A stretch of 60,386 nucleotides of DNA, taken from IMG/VR virus record IMGVR_UViG_3300032156_000009, positions 1 through 60,386 of that record, one strand, 5' to 3'. Shown in pieces: positions 40,203-49,700 of this stretch. Both the position numbers and the translations under genes were made by a program. The notes beneath the pieces are model-generated. The model searched no databases. It was not told where the DNA came from and worked only from the letters and a program-made list of their open reading frames with translations. Within the stretch, counting starts at the first letter, position 1. Every line of letters starts with the position of its first letter. Origin of the DNA: a virus (Duplodnaviria; Caudoviricetes).

Positions 40203-40387
40203 TATGCCTTTAAAAAGGCATTCTAGGCTACTAGAATCAATTTTGATTGGTTATGCGTGTAGTGTACGCATGTATCTGTGATCGTTTAACCTATAGCGGT
40301 TTGCTGCATCTTGGGAGGGTTATTTGAGGTGATCCGACATGGATAGAACATTTAAAACTATACTTCTTTCTAATTCATTGCTCATTT

Positions 40388-40603
40388 TTAACCTTTAACC
40401 TCAAATATTAATGATATTTTCATTTTTTCGATATCACACACAATTTGACCATCATCGACCCAAAGATAGAAAAAGAACTCTTCCTCAGCGGGCGTCGCCC
40501 ACACCGCGCGCCAAAGCAAATATTTTTGTTCTTCGTTTAGCGTGTCGTAGATAGACTTAAGCTTTTTCTCGTTAAACTTTTTACTCTTTTTTGGTTCCAT
40601 ATC
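40388..40603 (-). CDS. Hypothetical protein
   Basis: ORF; start uncertain, AGGGGG SD upstream. Confidence 0.45.
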   Translation of the reverse strand, partial: DMEPKKSKKFNEKKLKSIYDTLNEEQKYLLWRAVWATPAEEEFFFYLWVDDGQIVCDIEKMKISLIFEVKG

Positions 40604-40913
40604 ATATCCCCCTAGGCTGGCTAAAAACATTCTGTCTTTCCATCGCTGGCTCTTTCTTCCACTTCCTCACTGCCGCCGATTCAGACTCCCAGAACTCAGA
40701 CTTAAGATTTTGCTCGTGTATCTTATAAAATATTGTTTTCGGATTTTCTCTCAAATCCTTCTGCATGATTTCAATATGAGCTTTGATTGTACAAAGAAAG
40801 AAAGTATAATCAGGGTTTAAATCTTCTTTGAGAAGATAAGTCAGCATCTCTTTGACTTTCTTGTTCATCTGATCGAGTTCTTCATAAAATTCTTCTTTCG
40901 TTATTCTAAACAT
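40602..40913 (-). CDS. Hypothetical protein
   Basis: AGAGGT SD. Confidence 0.55.
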   Translation of the reverse strand: MFRITKEEFYEELDQMNKKVKEMLTYLLKEDLNPDYTFFLCTIKAHIEIMQKDLRENPKTIFYKIHEQNLKSEFWESESAAVRKWKKEPAMERQNVFSQPRGI

Positions 40914-40938
40914 AGTTACCTCTTTGTTGTTAAAAAAT

Positions 40939-41041
40939 CGCCGTCTCTCCGGCGTGTCACGTCAATTTTTGGGTTTACCATGGGTGCCAATGGGGAGACG
41001 TTCGCCAAATTCCAGCTTACACGCCATATGCATCTGGAATT
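40939..41041 (-). other. Structured intergenic RNA element (three stems, the last followed by a U-tract)
   Basis: AAUUCCAG/CUGGAAUU; ACGUC/GACGU; CGCCG-GAGAGA-CGGCG then AUUUUUU. Confidence 0.45.
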
Positions 41042-41043
41042 CT

Positions 41044-41355
41044 TTAATTATTTCTATAAATTTTTGAAAAACATCCACTTTCCTTTTGAATAGTTTGCCA
41101 ATAAGAAAGGCCTAATATTCCCCCAACTTTATTGTTTGTATAACCTCTCAATTTCATCCAGAGTAAAATTTTGTCTGTTATAGAAAGATAATCAAGATCG
41201 TGAAATTTTTCTTTTTCTAAAATTTCTTCTGCTCTAGCTCTTGTTTCAATATCTTCCTCTGTGCTTCCATCTCTAATACCATCCTTATAAAATTCTTCAC
41301 TAAAAACCGGAAAGTTATAATCAACTTTCTTTTGTATATATGTTTTTCTTTTCAT
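41044..41355 (-). CDS. Sigma70 region 4/LuxR-like HTH protein
   Basis: LSITDKILLWMKLRGYTNNKVGGILGLSYWQT. Confidence 0.5.
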   Translation of the reverse strand: MKRKTYIQKKVDYNFPVFSEEFYKDGIRDGSTEEDIETRARAEEILEKEKFHDLDYLSITDKILLWMKLRGYTNNKVGGILGLSYWQTIQKESGCFSKIYRNN

Positions 41356-41500
41356 GAATACCCATCGTCTTTGTCGCTATCCGCGCGATTGAATATCAAA
41401 CCAAAAATAAACTTCAAACCTATTAGCGCGACGCATACGCCTGCTGCTATAGCGATCGTTCGCCAAGATAAACAGATCATAAATTTCTCCTAAACCATTA

Positions 41501-41653
41501 AGTAGGTGGCTATCGGCCGGATTTGAACCGGCATATTCAGCGGTACATACGAGTAGTGACGGTTAATTACTCCGTTTCCTCATACAATCCGCCTAGCGTC
41601 CGCCTTCATGGAGCTACCATTACTTATCTTTTTCGCCACAATAGCCACCTACT
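41501..41653 (-). ncRNA. tRNA-like RNA with expanded D and anticodon regions
   Basis: 15-bp closing stem; perfect T arm GCCGG-UUCAAAU-CCGGC; UGGCG...GACGC D-stem-like; no canonical anticodon loop. Confidence 0.65.
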
Positions 41654-41679
41654 GAATAATCTCTATTTGTGATAAATAC

Positions 41680-41940
41680 CTATTCACTTATGCAAAAAGG
41701 ATGAAATCTATCAAGTGGATACAAATCAAAATTAACCAATTTCTTGTCTTCAATTTCTACCCATCCTTTTGTTAGATGCCCGACGTATGTTGTAGGAGAA
41801 ACTCCCAATCCAAAGTTTTCAAGTCCGGACGAATCTCTTTTATACAATGATAAACATTTATCAATAGCTTCTTTTTTCGTTTTAAAAGCGCCATAGTTGT
41901 TTCCCCTATAATGTACAAAATACCCTTCTTTTCTTATCAT
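41680..41940 (-). CDS. Hypothetical protein
   Basis: AGAGGT SD; YGAFKTKKEAI. Confidence 0.55.
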   Translation of the reverse strand: MIRKEGYFVHYRGNNYGAFKTKKEAIDKCLSLYKRDSSGLENFGLGVSPTTYVGHLTKGWVEIEDKKLVNFDLYPLDRFHPFCISE

Positions 41941-41977
41941 AAGAACCTCTATTTGTGATAGAACATATTATTACCAA

Positions 41978-42133
41978 TTACTTAAGCAAAACGATGTCTC
42001 TTTTGTTATGCTCTCCAATTGCTCTTATAATGACTTCCCAAATCCTAGTCTCTCCAAATTCTCCGTCATCATACATAACTTGTAAGTCCTGAGGCATCGC
42101 CTCTAGCTTCTCTCTCAGCTCTTTAACTGTCAT
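41978..42133 (-). CDS. 51-aa MTVKEL protein, not in the ORF track
   Basis: AGGTG SD, ATGA overlap; MTVKELREKLEAMPQDLQV. Confidence 0.6.
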   Translation of the reverse strand: MTVKELREKLEAMPQDLQVMYDDGEFGETRIWEVIIRAIGEHNKRDIVLLK

Positions 42134-42546
42134 GTGTCACCTTTTTCTACAAGTTCATCAATTACATTTTCGACCTCTTCTTTTATTTCTTTTGTAGTCC
42201 ACTGCTTGTTATAATAATCTTCACACAATGAATTAGAGGTGTATGAAGAATAATCGCCTAAATGCGCATAATCCCATCCAATCCAATAATATTCTTTAGG
42301 CAATCCTATATCGTGTACTCTGCCTTTATAATCTATAAAGCTGTAAGTAAGTCCGCCATGGCAATCTAAATGGATTTCGTTAGCAGTTTTACCTGAAAAA
42401 GGATGATCTGGCGGTAACCCGATATACGCGCATGGATATGCTCCAAGACTTCTTATTTGGTAATTAATTCCTTTGTAAACTCCTTCGTCGAGAGTTTCGC
42501 GAAAACCTTTATACGGTTTAAAATACTTCATTTCTTTAACGGTCAT
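42130..42546 (-). CDS. Conserved phage hypothetical protein
   Basis: CHGGLTYS...WIGWDYAHLGD motif. Confidence 0.7.
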   Translation of the reverse strand: MTVKEMKYFKPYKGFRETLDEGVYKGINYQIRSLGAYPCAYIGLPPDHPFSGKTANEIHLDCHGGLTYSFIDYKGRVHDIGLPKEYYWIGWDYAHLGDYSSYTSNSLCEDYYNKQWTTKEIKEEVENVIDELVEKGDT

Positions 42547-42724
42547 TTGCCACCTCTTTTATTCTTTTGGTTCTATCTATTCTTTCGTTCATACAGCCCT
42601 CGCAATGCGGTTCAGGGTCATCATCATTAAGATTTGAATATAGCTCATCCGGTTTAACTAGCTTATGACATATCCTGCATGATAAAAGTTGGGAGTGTTT
42701 GACCCATAGCTCTTTAACTGTCAT
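42536..42724 (-). CDS. Small zinc-finger protein
   Basis: CRIC, CEGC. Confidence 0.55.
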   Translation of the reverse strand: MTVKELWVKHSQLLSCRICHKLVKPDELYSNLNDDDPEPHCEGCMNERIDRTKRIKEVANDR

Positions 42725-43023
42725 GTGTCACCTCTAAGTTTTAAAATTCTTTTCCAGCGTTCGTTTTCGACAATCTCAATTTTGTAGTCTTTTTCGTCGT
42801 AAATATTATCAAAGCTAAAACCACAAATATTGGAATCTGGGTATCCCCATTCTCCTATCTTCGGATGAAAGCACTCAAACCATCCCTTCGGGCAATAACG
42901 TTCTTCTTCTTTTCCAATTTCGCATATTCTCCATATCTGCGTTGGAATGATTCTTATATTTGTCCCCACGTCTACAAGGCCTCTTTTTATCAGTTCTCTC
43001 ACGTCGCTCAGCTTTACTCTCAT
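42721..43023 (-). CDS. Hypothetical protein
   Basis: Coupled ORF with SD. Confidence 0.55.
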   Translation of the reverse strand: MRVKLSDVRELIKRGLVDVGTNIRIIPTQIWRICEIGKEEERYCPKGWFECFHPKIGEWGYPDSNICGFSFDNIYDEKDYKIEIVENERWKRILKLRGDT

Positions 43024-43027
43024 GATT

Positions 43028-43354
43028 TCACCTATTCGTTTTTATTTTCGCGTGCGGGTATTCTTTACATTTTCTTAAAAGCTCTTCTGCTACCGACAGC
43101 AAGGAATCGTAGTCTCCATAATTATTCGCAGGGTTATACTTCTTGAATTTATTTGGCTTCGCTCTTAATCTATTTATTCCCTCAAACAATTTTGGGATGA
43201 TATCTCTTGCATAAAAAAATCCATGCTCAACTGGCGTCCACATGACGTCATAAATCCCTGCTTTCCCCGCCATTGTATTGAGATTATGGGTAATATTTGC
43301 GCAATAAAAGCTATGGCTACAACATGGGCACATCAAGTAAATGTCTAAGCTCAT
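43028..43354 (-). CDS. Conserved phage hypothetical protein
   Basis: MSLDIYL...ANITHNLNTMA...AGIY...YNPANNYGDY. Confidence 0.7.
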   Translation of the reverse strand: MSLDIYLMCPCCSHSFYCANITHNLNTMAGKAGIYDVMWTPVEHGFFYARDIIPKLFEGINRLRAKPNKFKKYNPANNYGDYDSLLSVAEELLRKCKEYPHAKIKTNR

Positions 43355-44289
43355 GACTTCACCTCTTTATTTTGTGCGTCACAATAAATCTCGCCTTGAT
43401 TATATAGAGGACTATTCGGAAATTGAGGATTATTAAGGTATGGATTTGGCGCGAATGGAGATGGATAAATCGGCTTCCACGGGGATACTGGTTTAAATGG
43501 GGTCGGCTGCAACAGGGCTACCTGATTAAGTTGTTGCTCTATCAGCCACAAACGATTCTTTAGAGATTCGTTTTCCTTCTTCAACTTTTGAACTTGATCC
43601 TCGCGCTCGTCGATTCGCTCTGAGTGGTCTTTTATTACAGCTTCTATCCCCCCAATCTTCTTTAAAATACTCGCTATCTGATTCTCTTGACCTGCTTTGT
43701 CTATCTCGAGTGCAGAGAGGCGCTTTTCGCTTTCTTCTAAGCGTCTATCAAAGCGACTAGTAAATGTTTCAAGCTTATCTTCAACAGTCGTATCTTTCAC
43801 TTGAACTGGTAAGGAATCCTTAACTGTTGGATCGGATAGGATTTTGACTGTCAATTTTGCAGTGAACCATTGAATAGAAGCAGAATAATAGTGATTGTTT
43901 TCTTCGATATTAAAATGAGTAGAACTAATATCATTAATTTTTCCTTCTATAAGCAGTTGTTTACCTCCCTTAAAATCGTCCCCCCATACTTTTACTTTCA
44001 TCCCCACTTTCAAATGTTCTTTTGCCTCTGATAGTTTAAACGTCTTCACAACATCTGAAGCCGTGTCGTGACAATCTGTCACGGGTTCAGTTACCGAGGA
44101 TTGCTCGGGTACTGGATTGACCCATTCCATTAGTTCCATTTCTTTTGTGGTAAAAAAAGTACCATCAACATCTTTATGTATTTCAAGACGCGGTAAACCA
44201 TCTTGATGAAGAAATTTAGCTTTAAAAGATACCTCTATGGTGTCCCCTTCTTTGACGAGCCATTTTTCGATCGCTTCGCTAAGTTTCAT
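43351..44289 (-). CDS. Hypothetical protein: two KLSE modules, a coiled coil and a Pro-rich tail
   Basis: Internal repeat KLSEA..E...K.G..I/V.V. Confidence 0.6.
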   Translation of the reverse strand: MKLSEAIEKWLVKEGDTIEVSFKAKFLHQDGLPRLEIHKDVDGTFFTTKEMELMEWVNPVPEQSSVTEPVTDCHDTASDVVKTFKLSEAKEHLKVGMKVKVWGDDFKGGKQLLIEGKINDISSTHFNIEENNHYYSASIQWFTAKLTVKILSDPTVKDSLPVQVKDTTVEDKLETFTSRFDRRLEESEKRLSALEIDKAGQENQIASILKKIGGIEAVIKDHSERIDEREDQVQKLKKENESLKNRLWLIEQQLNQVALLQPTPFKPVSPWKPIYPSPFAPNPYLNNPQFPNSPLYNQGEIYCDAQNKEVKS

Positions 44290-44482
44290 ATTGTTTTCTC
44301 CTCTGTTATTGATGGTGACAAAATCTCGATTTCCATTTGAATAAATCTGTTATCTTCCCATTCCCAATATTCTATTTCGGCATCTTCTAATAATTTAATA
44401 GTCGCACCCTTTTTTAATAGCCCTTGATTAAATGCTGCGTCTAATTTCATATTGTTTCCCCCTATGTTAAGTTGTTTGCATT

Positions 44483-44866
44483 TCAAAGTGATGGCATTGA
44501 CCGTATAGTTGTTTGTATTTCAATTGGTGCTGAATTTAAACTATTCTCCGATAAAGGCTCTTCAAAATACTCCGGCATATCATTGCGTTCATTGAAACTG
44601 CTATATCGGTTAGGAGGATTTTTCTTTTCTTCTGTCGCCATCTTTGGTTTAGATGATCGGATAACATGGACATTTAAGCGTTGAGGAGTTCGCCCTAAAG
44701 AGTAAATAATCAACGCCGAAAAGAGCAGCAGAAAATCTTTAGTCACAGATAGTGCTGCCTCCCAGCGTTTAGGCTCGTAGTTGATAATCCAATCGGTCGT
44801 TTGGGCTGAATCTAAAGCCGCATAAATCCCGATCATCAGTGAAAGAAATTTTCGTTTATTTAACAT
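44483..44866 (-). CDS. Two-TM protein with a disordered tail
   Basis: AGGAGG SD; hydrophobic hairpin. Confidence 0.55.
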   Translation of the reverse strand: MLNKRKFLSLMIGIYAALDSAQTTDWIINYEPKRWEAALSVTKDFLLLFSALIIYSLGRTPQRLNVHVIRSSKPKMATEEKKNPPNRYSSFNERNDMPEYFEEPLSENSLNSAPIEIQTTIRSMPSL

Positions 44867-45092
44867 AAACCCTCCTTAATTTTCATCTTCCATTCTCTCA
44901 CAGTATGAAACATTTCTTCAAAAAAATGGCGAGTAATTTTGTTCTTTAATTTTTTATCACTAATAATTTTCGTTAATGCTTCCAGATACATAATCACTGC
45001 AAATGTTTCGGACAAAATTCTTTTACCAACGGATTGATCCAGCAATTCAAAAGCGCGATTTTTAACTTCTTCAAGATTTAATTTATACATTG

Positions 45093-45590
45093 TCACATCC
45101 TCAGTAAGTTAAGTTGTAGAGGATCTCGTTGGTTCACCCCTTTTGATTCTTCCTTCTTTTCAAGGCCTTTCTTCCAGTCAACAAACAGTTTCCAGAGCTC
45201 ATCTCCGCGAAGTTCTCTCCGCAGTTTTTCTCGCTCAGAGTATTTGAGATTTCTGGGGAAAATAGTGCTATTGGACATTTTAGGAGCAAACATAAGTGTA
45301 CCCTCTTCTAAGATAATATTTTTTTGTTGCATCAGATAAGCGACGGATAAAACTGCGAGATCAATGCCATCGATAGAGGCATAGCCTATCGCTCCCCAAG
45401 TTTCCCCTACGATTGTATCGACTTCTTTCTGATTGATCCTGGCGAAGAGAGAAACCGTAGTCGCCAGATCAAAGATCGATTCATCCCAGTAAGACGAAAG
45501 CATATCAATCGTCTTACCGTAGGAATCAAAAAACGTTCTCAGCATGTCTTCTGTCGTTGCATCCCGCGAAGGGGAACTTTTGGATCGCAT
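45093..45590 (-). CDS. Hypothetical protein
   Basis: GAGGTG SD. Confidence 0.55.
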   Translation of the reverse strand: MRSKSSPSRDATTEDMLRTFFDSYGKTIDMLSSYWDESIFDLATTVSLFARINQKEVDTIVGETWGAIGYASIDGIDLAVLSVAYLMQQKNIILEEGTLMFAPKMSNSTIFPRNLKYSEREKLRRELRGDELWKLFVDWKKGLEKKEESKGVNQRDPLQLNLLRM

Positions 45591-45602
45591 AAATCACCTC
45601 TT

Positions 45603-45995
45603 TTATAAAGTTATGAATAAAACTTTTTTGTTATCTAGCTCTTCTATGACTTGTTTTTCCCATGATGAACATGGAGCTAATTTTAAAACAGGAACATCCA
45701 TTTGTTTGGTAATTAGATAAGTTCGGATGTTTAAACCTGGATTTTTGCACAGTTTAAGTCCCATCGTATCGCTCATCAAAAAAAAACTCTTTTTATCTTT
45801 TTTATGTTGATGAATAGCGATTCTATCGCCTGCTGTCCAGCCCATTTCGTGTACAAGATCATCACCAAAAATAATCGTTAGAATATTTTTCCCATTTTCT
45901 GTTCTAGACGACCTCCACACTTCATTTTCGCCTGTTTGTGAACAATAAGATTTGTTCGGCAAACGATAATAATCCGCTACATTAAATTTAATCAT
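45603..45995 (-). CDS. Hypothetical protein (possible AbrB-like fold)
   Basis: LVHEMGWTAGDRI motif. Confidence 0.45.
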   Translation of the reverse strand: MIKFNVADYYRLPNKSYCSQTGENEVWRSSRTENGKNILTIIFGDDLVHEMGWTAGDRIAIHQHKKDKKSFFLMSDTMGLKLCKNPGLNIRTYLITKQMDVPVLKLAPCSSWEKQVIEELDNKKVLFITL

Positions 45996-46561
45996 ACGTA
46001 CCTCTCGTTAAATTATAAAAAATAGATAATCAATACCACTAATACCACGAGTATTAGGGCGTCCAATCCTTCAAGGATTACCTGTCTTTTGTCCATTCAA
46101 AACCTCTTTCTCTAACTTTTCTAAACGTTTGCATATTTCCAAATAGCGGTTTTTCTCGGCTTCAGCTTCTTCATCGAGATATTCAATGACCTGAACAACA
46201 TAATCAAACAAACGTGCTTCTTGTTCCTTTTGCGGGAGATAATCTCTGTCTTGATAAAGTAACATTTCAGTAATTTTTTTACTTGGTTTCATTTGTAAGT
46301 ACCTCTGTTGTTAAAAAATAAAAAAACACAAATGGTTTCATTTGGCCACCTCTCTGCAACATTCTCCGCAAAACATTTCGGATGAATATCCGTCTCCAAT
46401 CATTGGATGTAATAAAGATGTCACGACCCTGTGACATCTAGGGCAAGCATATAAGTGTGACATCTGTATGAGATTATCGTATCCATCGCCATATTTATGA
46501 TCTCTCTCTCCTGTTTTGACAGGTACGAATGGGAAAGAAGGAAGTTCTTCCTTATTTTGTT

Positions 46562-47068
46562 TCATTTCTCTTCCTCTTTCAGTTCTTCAAGCGCCTTTAA
46601 AACCCCCTCTAAACTTTTTATCTTTCTCTCGACTTCCTTTTTTATCGTCTTGCCGTATAAAATATCAATGTCTTCTCTTGCCTTTTCATTGACCCAATCC
46701 AATTGCTCTTGGAGGGTCTGTTGTTCGTTCCAAGTGTTCAAAGTGTCATGCCACAGAAAATCGCTGTACTCATCAATGAAAAGCCTAATTTTTTCTCTTA
46801 ATTTTTGAGATTGTTTTGTAGTCTCTACAATAAAATGTGTATCGCCAGCTTTCCTGTTAATATGTGAACCCATGACGCAAAACTGATTGGTATGATCATA
46901 ATATCGTAAAGCCATTACGTAATAACTTACCCACCTATAAGTAACTTTCTCCTTCCCAATCAAAATAAATCCATCACATCCTTCCCCTTCTTTCCTATTA
47001 GCTATTCTCGCGGAAAGTTCTTTTTGCTGTTGCTCTTCTGTTTTCCACTTTATTTCGTTTAGTTTCAT
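46562..47068 (-). CDS. Hypothetical protein
   Basis: Coupled ORF in an early operon. Confidence 0.55.
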   Translation of the reverse strand: MKLNEIKWKTEEQQQKELSARIANRKEGEGCDGFILIGKEKVTYRWVSYYVMALRYYDHTNQFCVMGSHINRKAGDTHFIVETTKQSQKLREKIRLFIDEYSDFLWHDTLNTWNEQQTLQEQLDWVNEKAREDIDILYGKTIKKEVERKIKSLEGVLKALEELKEEEK

Positions 47069-47478
47069 TTCTTCACCTCTTCGTACGTCTTAAAAAACTG
47101 TGCAATCTGTCTAGCTGTAATCGGAGCGGGATTTTTAACCAGTATGCTTTTCTTGTGATACTTTCTATCTATCTCCGCTACTATCTTGTTATACACACGT
47201 AGTTTGATATCAGTTTTGCTTTTACTCACATAAGCAGCCCTGAAATAGTAATGCCCATTCTCATCTTTTAGTTCCAGCTCATGTGAGCAGTCATAGCCTA
47301 GCATTTCCCTTTCCCCTGTTTATACTCTCTATTTTGTACATGCCCCTGTAAGGCTCTACGGTTACGTTTAAGCCACAATCTCGCAGCTCCTGTGTGGTAT
47401 CCTCAAGAATCTCTGTAACGATACCTATAAGCAACCTACGGCTCTCTAATAGAGCCTCTTGTGATTCTGTTAAGTTAT

Positions 47479-47676
47479 TCATAGTCTTGCCTCCTGTTCT
47501 ATAGCCTGTCTGACTAAGTCATACGATTGATCTAAATAGTGTATAGCCGATGACGTATAAGCAGCAGATGCCATTGTTTTGTTGTATTTTTGATATTTCT
47601 GTCTAAGCTTTAGCATGTCTTCTGCTATTAGCGCCAGCTCGTCGGCTTTTTTAAGTGAATTAAGTTCGTTCCTCAT
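47479..47676 (-). CDS. Helical protein, paralog of 49701..49898
   Basis: KKADELALIAEDMLKLRQKYQK. Confidence 0.6.
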   Translation of the reverse strand: MRNELNSLKKADELALIAEDMLKLRQKYQKYNKTMASAAYTSSAIHYLDQSYDLVRQAIEQEARL

Positions 47677-48102
47677 AAATCCGCTACCTTTTCTAATTCC
47701 TCTAAAATTCTGGACAAAAAATACTCTATTTTAGATAACAAGCCGCCAAAGAATTCTTCAAATTCTTCTTTGCTTAAATCTTTTAATTTTAATGATGCTA
47801 AAATACATTTCCTGAAAATTCTTCCAGAAATCATCATCGCTATTGCATCACCACCCCCTTTCTCGTGTATCGATTGTAGAAAATTTTCAAAAATTTCGTC
47901 AGTTGAATCATTGATGTTAAACATTTTTGTCTTTTCCATAAATTCTCCTAAAATTGTTGTGTCTGAGTCGGCCACTTGATTTGTTTCTCGGCCTGTATGA
48001 TCCTATCTACTAGCTCTTTGTCGCGTGGGGATAGCTCTGTGTAGTCCGTTGTCGATTGTCTTGCTTGAGCTTCTTTTAAGCTCGTTGCGTAGTGTTGTGT
48101 TT

Positions 48103-48357
48103 TCATAAATCCTCCTCGGCGCCGTCGTTAGCGTCTAGCTCTATAATAGTGTCTAATGGGTTTTTTGCTTCAGTATCCCACATCAACCATGTACTTCCTG
48201 ATGCGCTTACTCCGGCAATATTTTGTCCCAATCCAACCCAGTCTAGGATTTTCAGCTCTCCGTTGTTATATCCACATATAATGTCATAGTCTGAGTTTCC
48301 TGCGTTTTTCAACTCTTTATAGAGTTTCAAAAGTCTGTTTTGTTGTAGTGTTTTCAT
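48103..48357 (-). CDS. Hypothetical protein, first gene after a consensus promoter
   Basis: CAGGAG SD. Confidence 0.6.
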   Translation of the reverse strand: MKTLQQNRLLKLYKELKNAGNSDYDIICGYNNGELKILDWVGLGQNIAGVSASGSTWLMWDTEAKNPLDTIIELDANDGAEEDL

Positions 48358-48417
48358 AAATTACTCCTGTTTCCGTTTTATTGTTTTCTTAATATCGATC
48401 TTGCGATCTTGATTATA

Positions 48418-48445
48418 ATTATATACACGTTCGTTACCGTGTCAA
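48418..48445 (-). promoter_or_regulatory. Consensus sigma70 early promoter
   Basis: TTGACA-N16-TATAAT facing the long leftward operon. Confidence 0.7.
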
Positions 48446-48622
48446 CTAAATTAACGTTATATTTGTTTAAGCTTTCGATTAAAGTTTTGTAAGCGATCGC
48501 TTATAGCGTGAAGTTTTTTTATACACATTTTTTTAGTATGAAAAATACAGTACTAAAAATACATGGTGGGCTCGAGCACGTTTTCACGTGAGATATGTGA
48601 CTATATATTTCCTCAAGCCCAT

Positions 48623-48656
48623 AAAAAACCCCTCGGCAGGGTTGGCTATCGAGGGG
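48623..48656 (-). terminator. Putative intrinsic terminator
   Basis: CCCCUCG/CGAGGGG stem followed by a U6 tract on the minus strand. Confidence 0.5.
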
Positions 48657-48712
48657 CGGAGGTACTTATGTTCTAAGACAAAACACAACATACCCGAGTA
48701 TTATATCACAAC

Positions 48713-48831
48713 TGGCGGTGTGTGGAATCGATAAGTTGCTTTGAGCATAGAGTTTTATCCCGGTCTTATCGATTCTTTCGCTACATTTAAACATAGTTAA
48801 CTAGATCAAACGCGCGGAGCTCTCACACACC
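48713..48831 (-). ncRNA. 119-nt tRNA-like RNA ending in GCCA
   Basis: 8-bp acceptor-like stem GGUGUGUG/CACACACC plus GCCA, stacked on an 11-bp helix GAAUCGAUAAG/CUUAUCGAUUC. Confidence 0.55.
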
Positions 48832-49105
48832 ATTTTAATCACAAACTGGATTTGATCATCACTTCTTTTAGATTTTTTACGCGTTTTGGATTAGGTTCTT
48901 CTTTTGAAGACACTACTAATGATTTAAAAAATCTCAATCGAAGAGAGTCACAATTCTTACAATCTTTGACCTTTTCTTTCGATTTTTTCGAGCAATAATA
49001 GGCTGTATCCTGTTCCAATTGTTTTGATTTTGCTTTCTTTTCTTTTTGATATGTACTGCAATCACCCCAGCTCATATTTCACCTCTTAGTTGTAGTTAAA
49101 TAAAT

Positions 49106-49594
49106 CTATTTGAAAATTATGCTAAATCTTATCGCTGGCGCAAAGATAATTCTATCAATGATATCGTATAATCCATCCAGATCACCTTCTGCACAGGTAT
49201 TATAACCATTAAAATCAGTAGAACAGTTAATTCCTCCACTTTGATGAGAGGCAACAATAATATTATAACGACCTGTCCCAGTTTTTAATTTTCCCATGGC
49301 ATAATAAGATGCTTTTACGCTTACGTTTGCATATATTCTCGAACTTCCATTTTCCTTTAAGTCAGTAAAAGTTAATTTTGCCTTTCCATTTTCTTGGGTT
49401 AATTCGCAATGACCTATACTGCTTGGAATTGGTTGACAGTTTTCAAGAATATAATCAAATTTAGCTCCAACATATGCTTGATTACCTTGAAGTATCAATC
49501 CAAGATAAGGGGGTAAAGTAGGCGGATCAGCAAAAGAAAATGATGAAAAGAATAGCAATGAAATTGCAATTGATTTAAATATACTCTTAAACAT
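49106..49594 (-). CDS. Secreted/periplasmic protein
   Basis: Signal peptide MFKSIFKSIAISLLFFSSFSFA; four Cys. Confidence 0.65.
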   Translation of the reverse strand: MFKSIFKSIAISLLFFSSFSFADPPTLPPYLGLILQGNQAYVGAKFDYILENCQPIPSSIGHCELTQENGKAKLTFTDLKENGSSRIYANVSVKASYYAMGKLKTGTGRYNIIVASHQSGGINCSTDFNGYNTCAEGDLDGLYDIIDRIIFAPAIRFSIIFK

Positions 49595-49630
49595 AGCTCT
49601 CTCCGTTGTTTTGTTTTATAGAAAGATAGT

Positions 49631-49659
49631 ATTCTATCTTTTAATCTGTATAATGTCAA
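49631..49659 (-). promoter_or_regulatory. Putative sigma70 promoter
   Basis: TTGACA-N17-TAGAAT upstream of 49594. Confidence 0.6.
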
Positions 49660-49700
49660 TCTATTCCAGAAATCGAAAAGAAGGTGTAAAATATCACGCT

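Noticed and set aside
41501-41653. tmRNA or intron-containing tRNA
   Set aside because: Too short for tmRNA, no tag ORF or G3-U70 Ala identity, and the inserts are too small for a self-splicing intron
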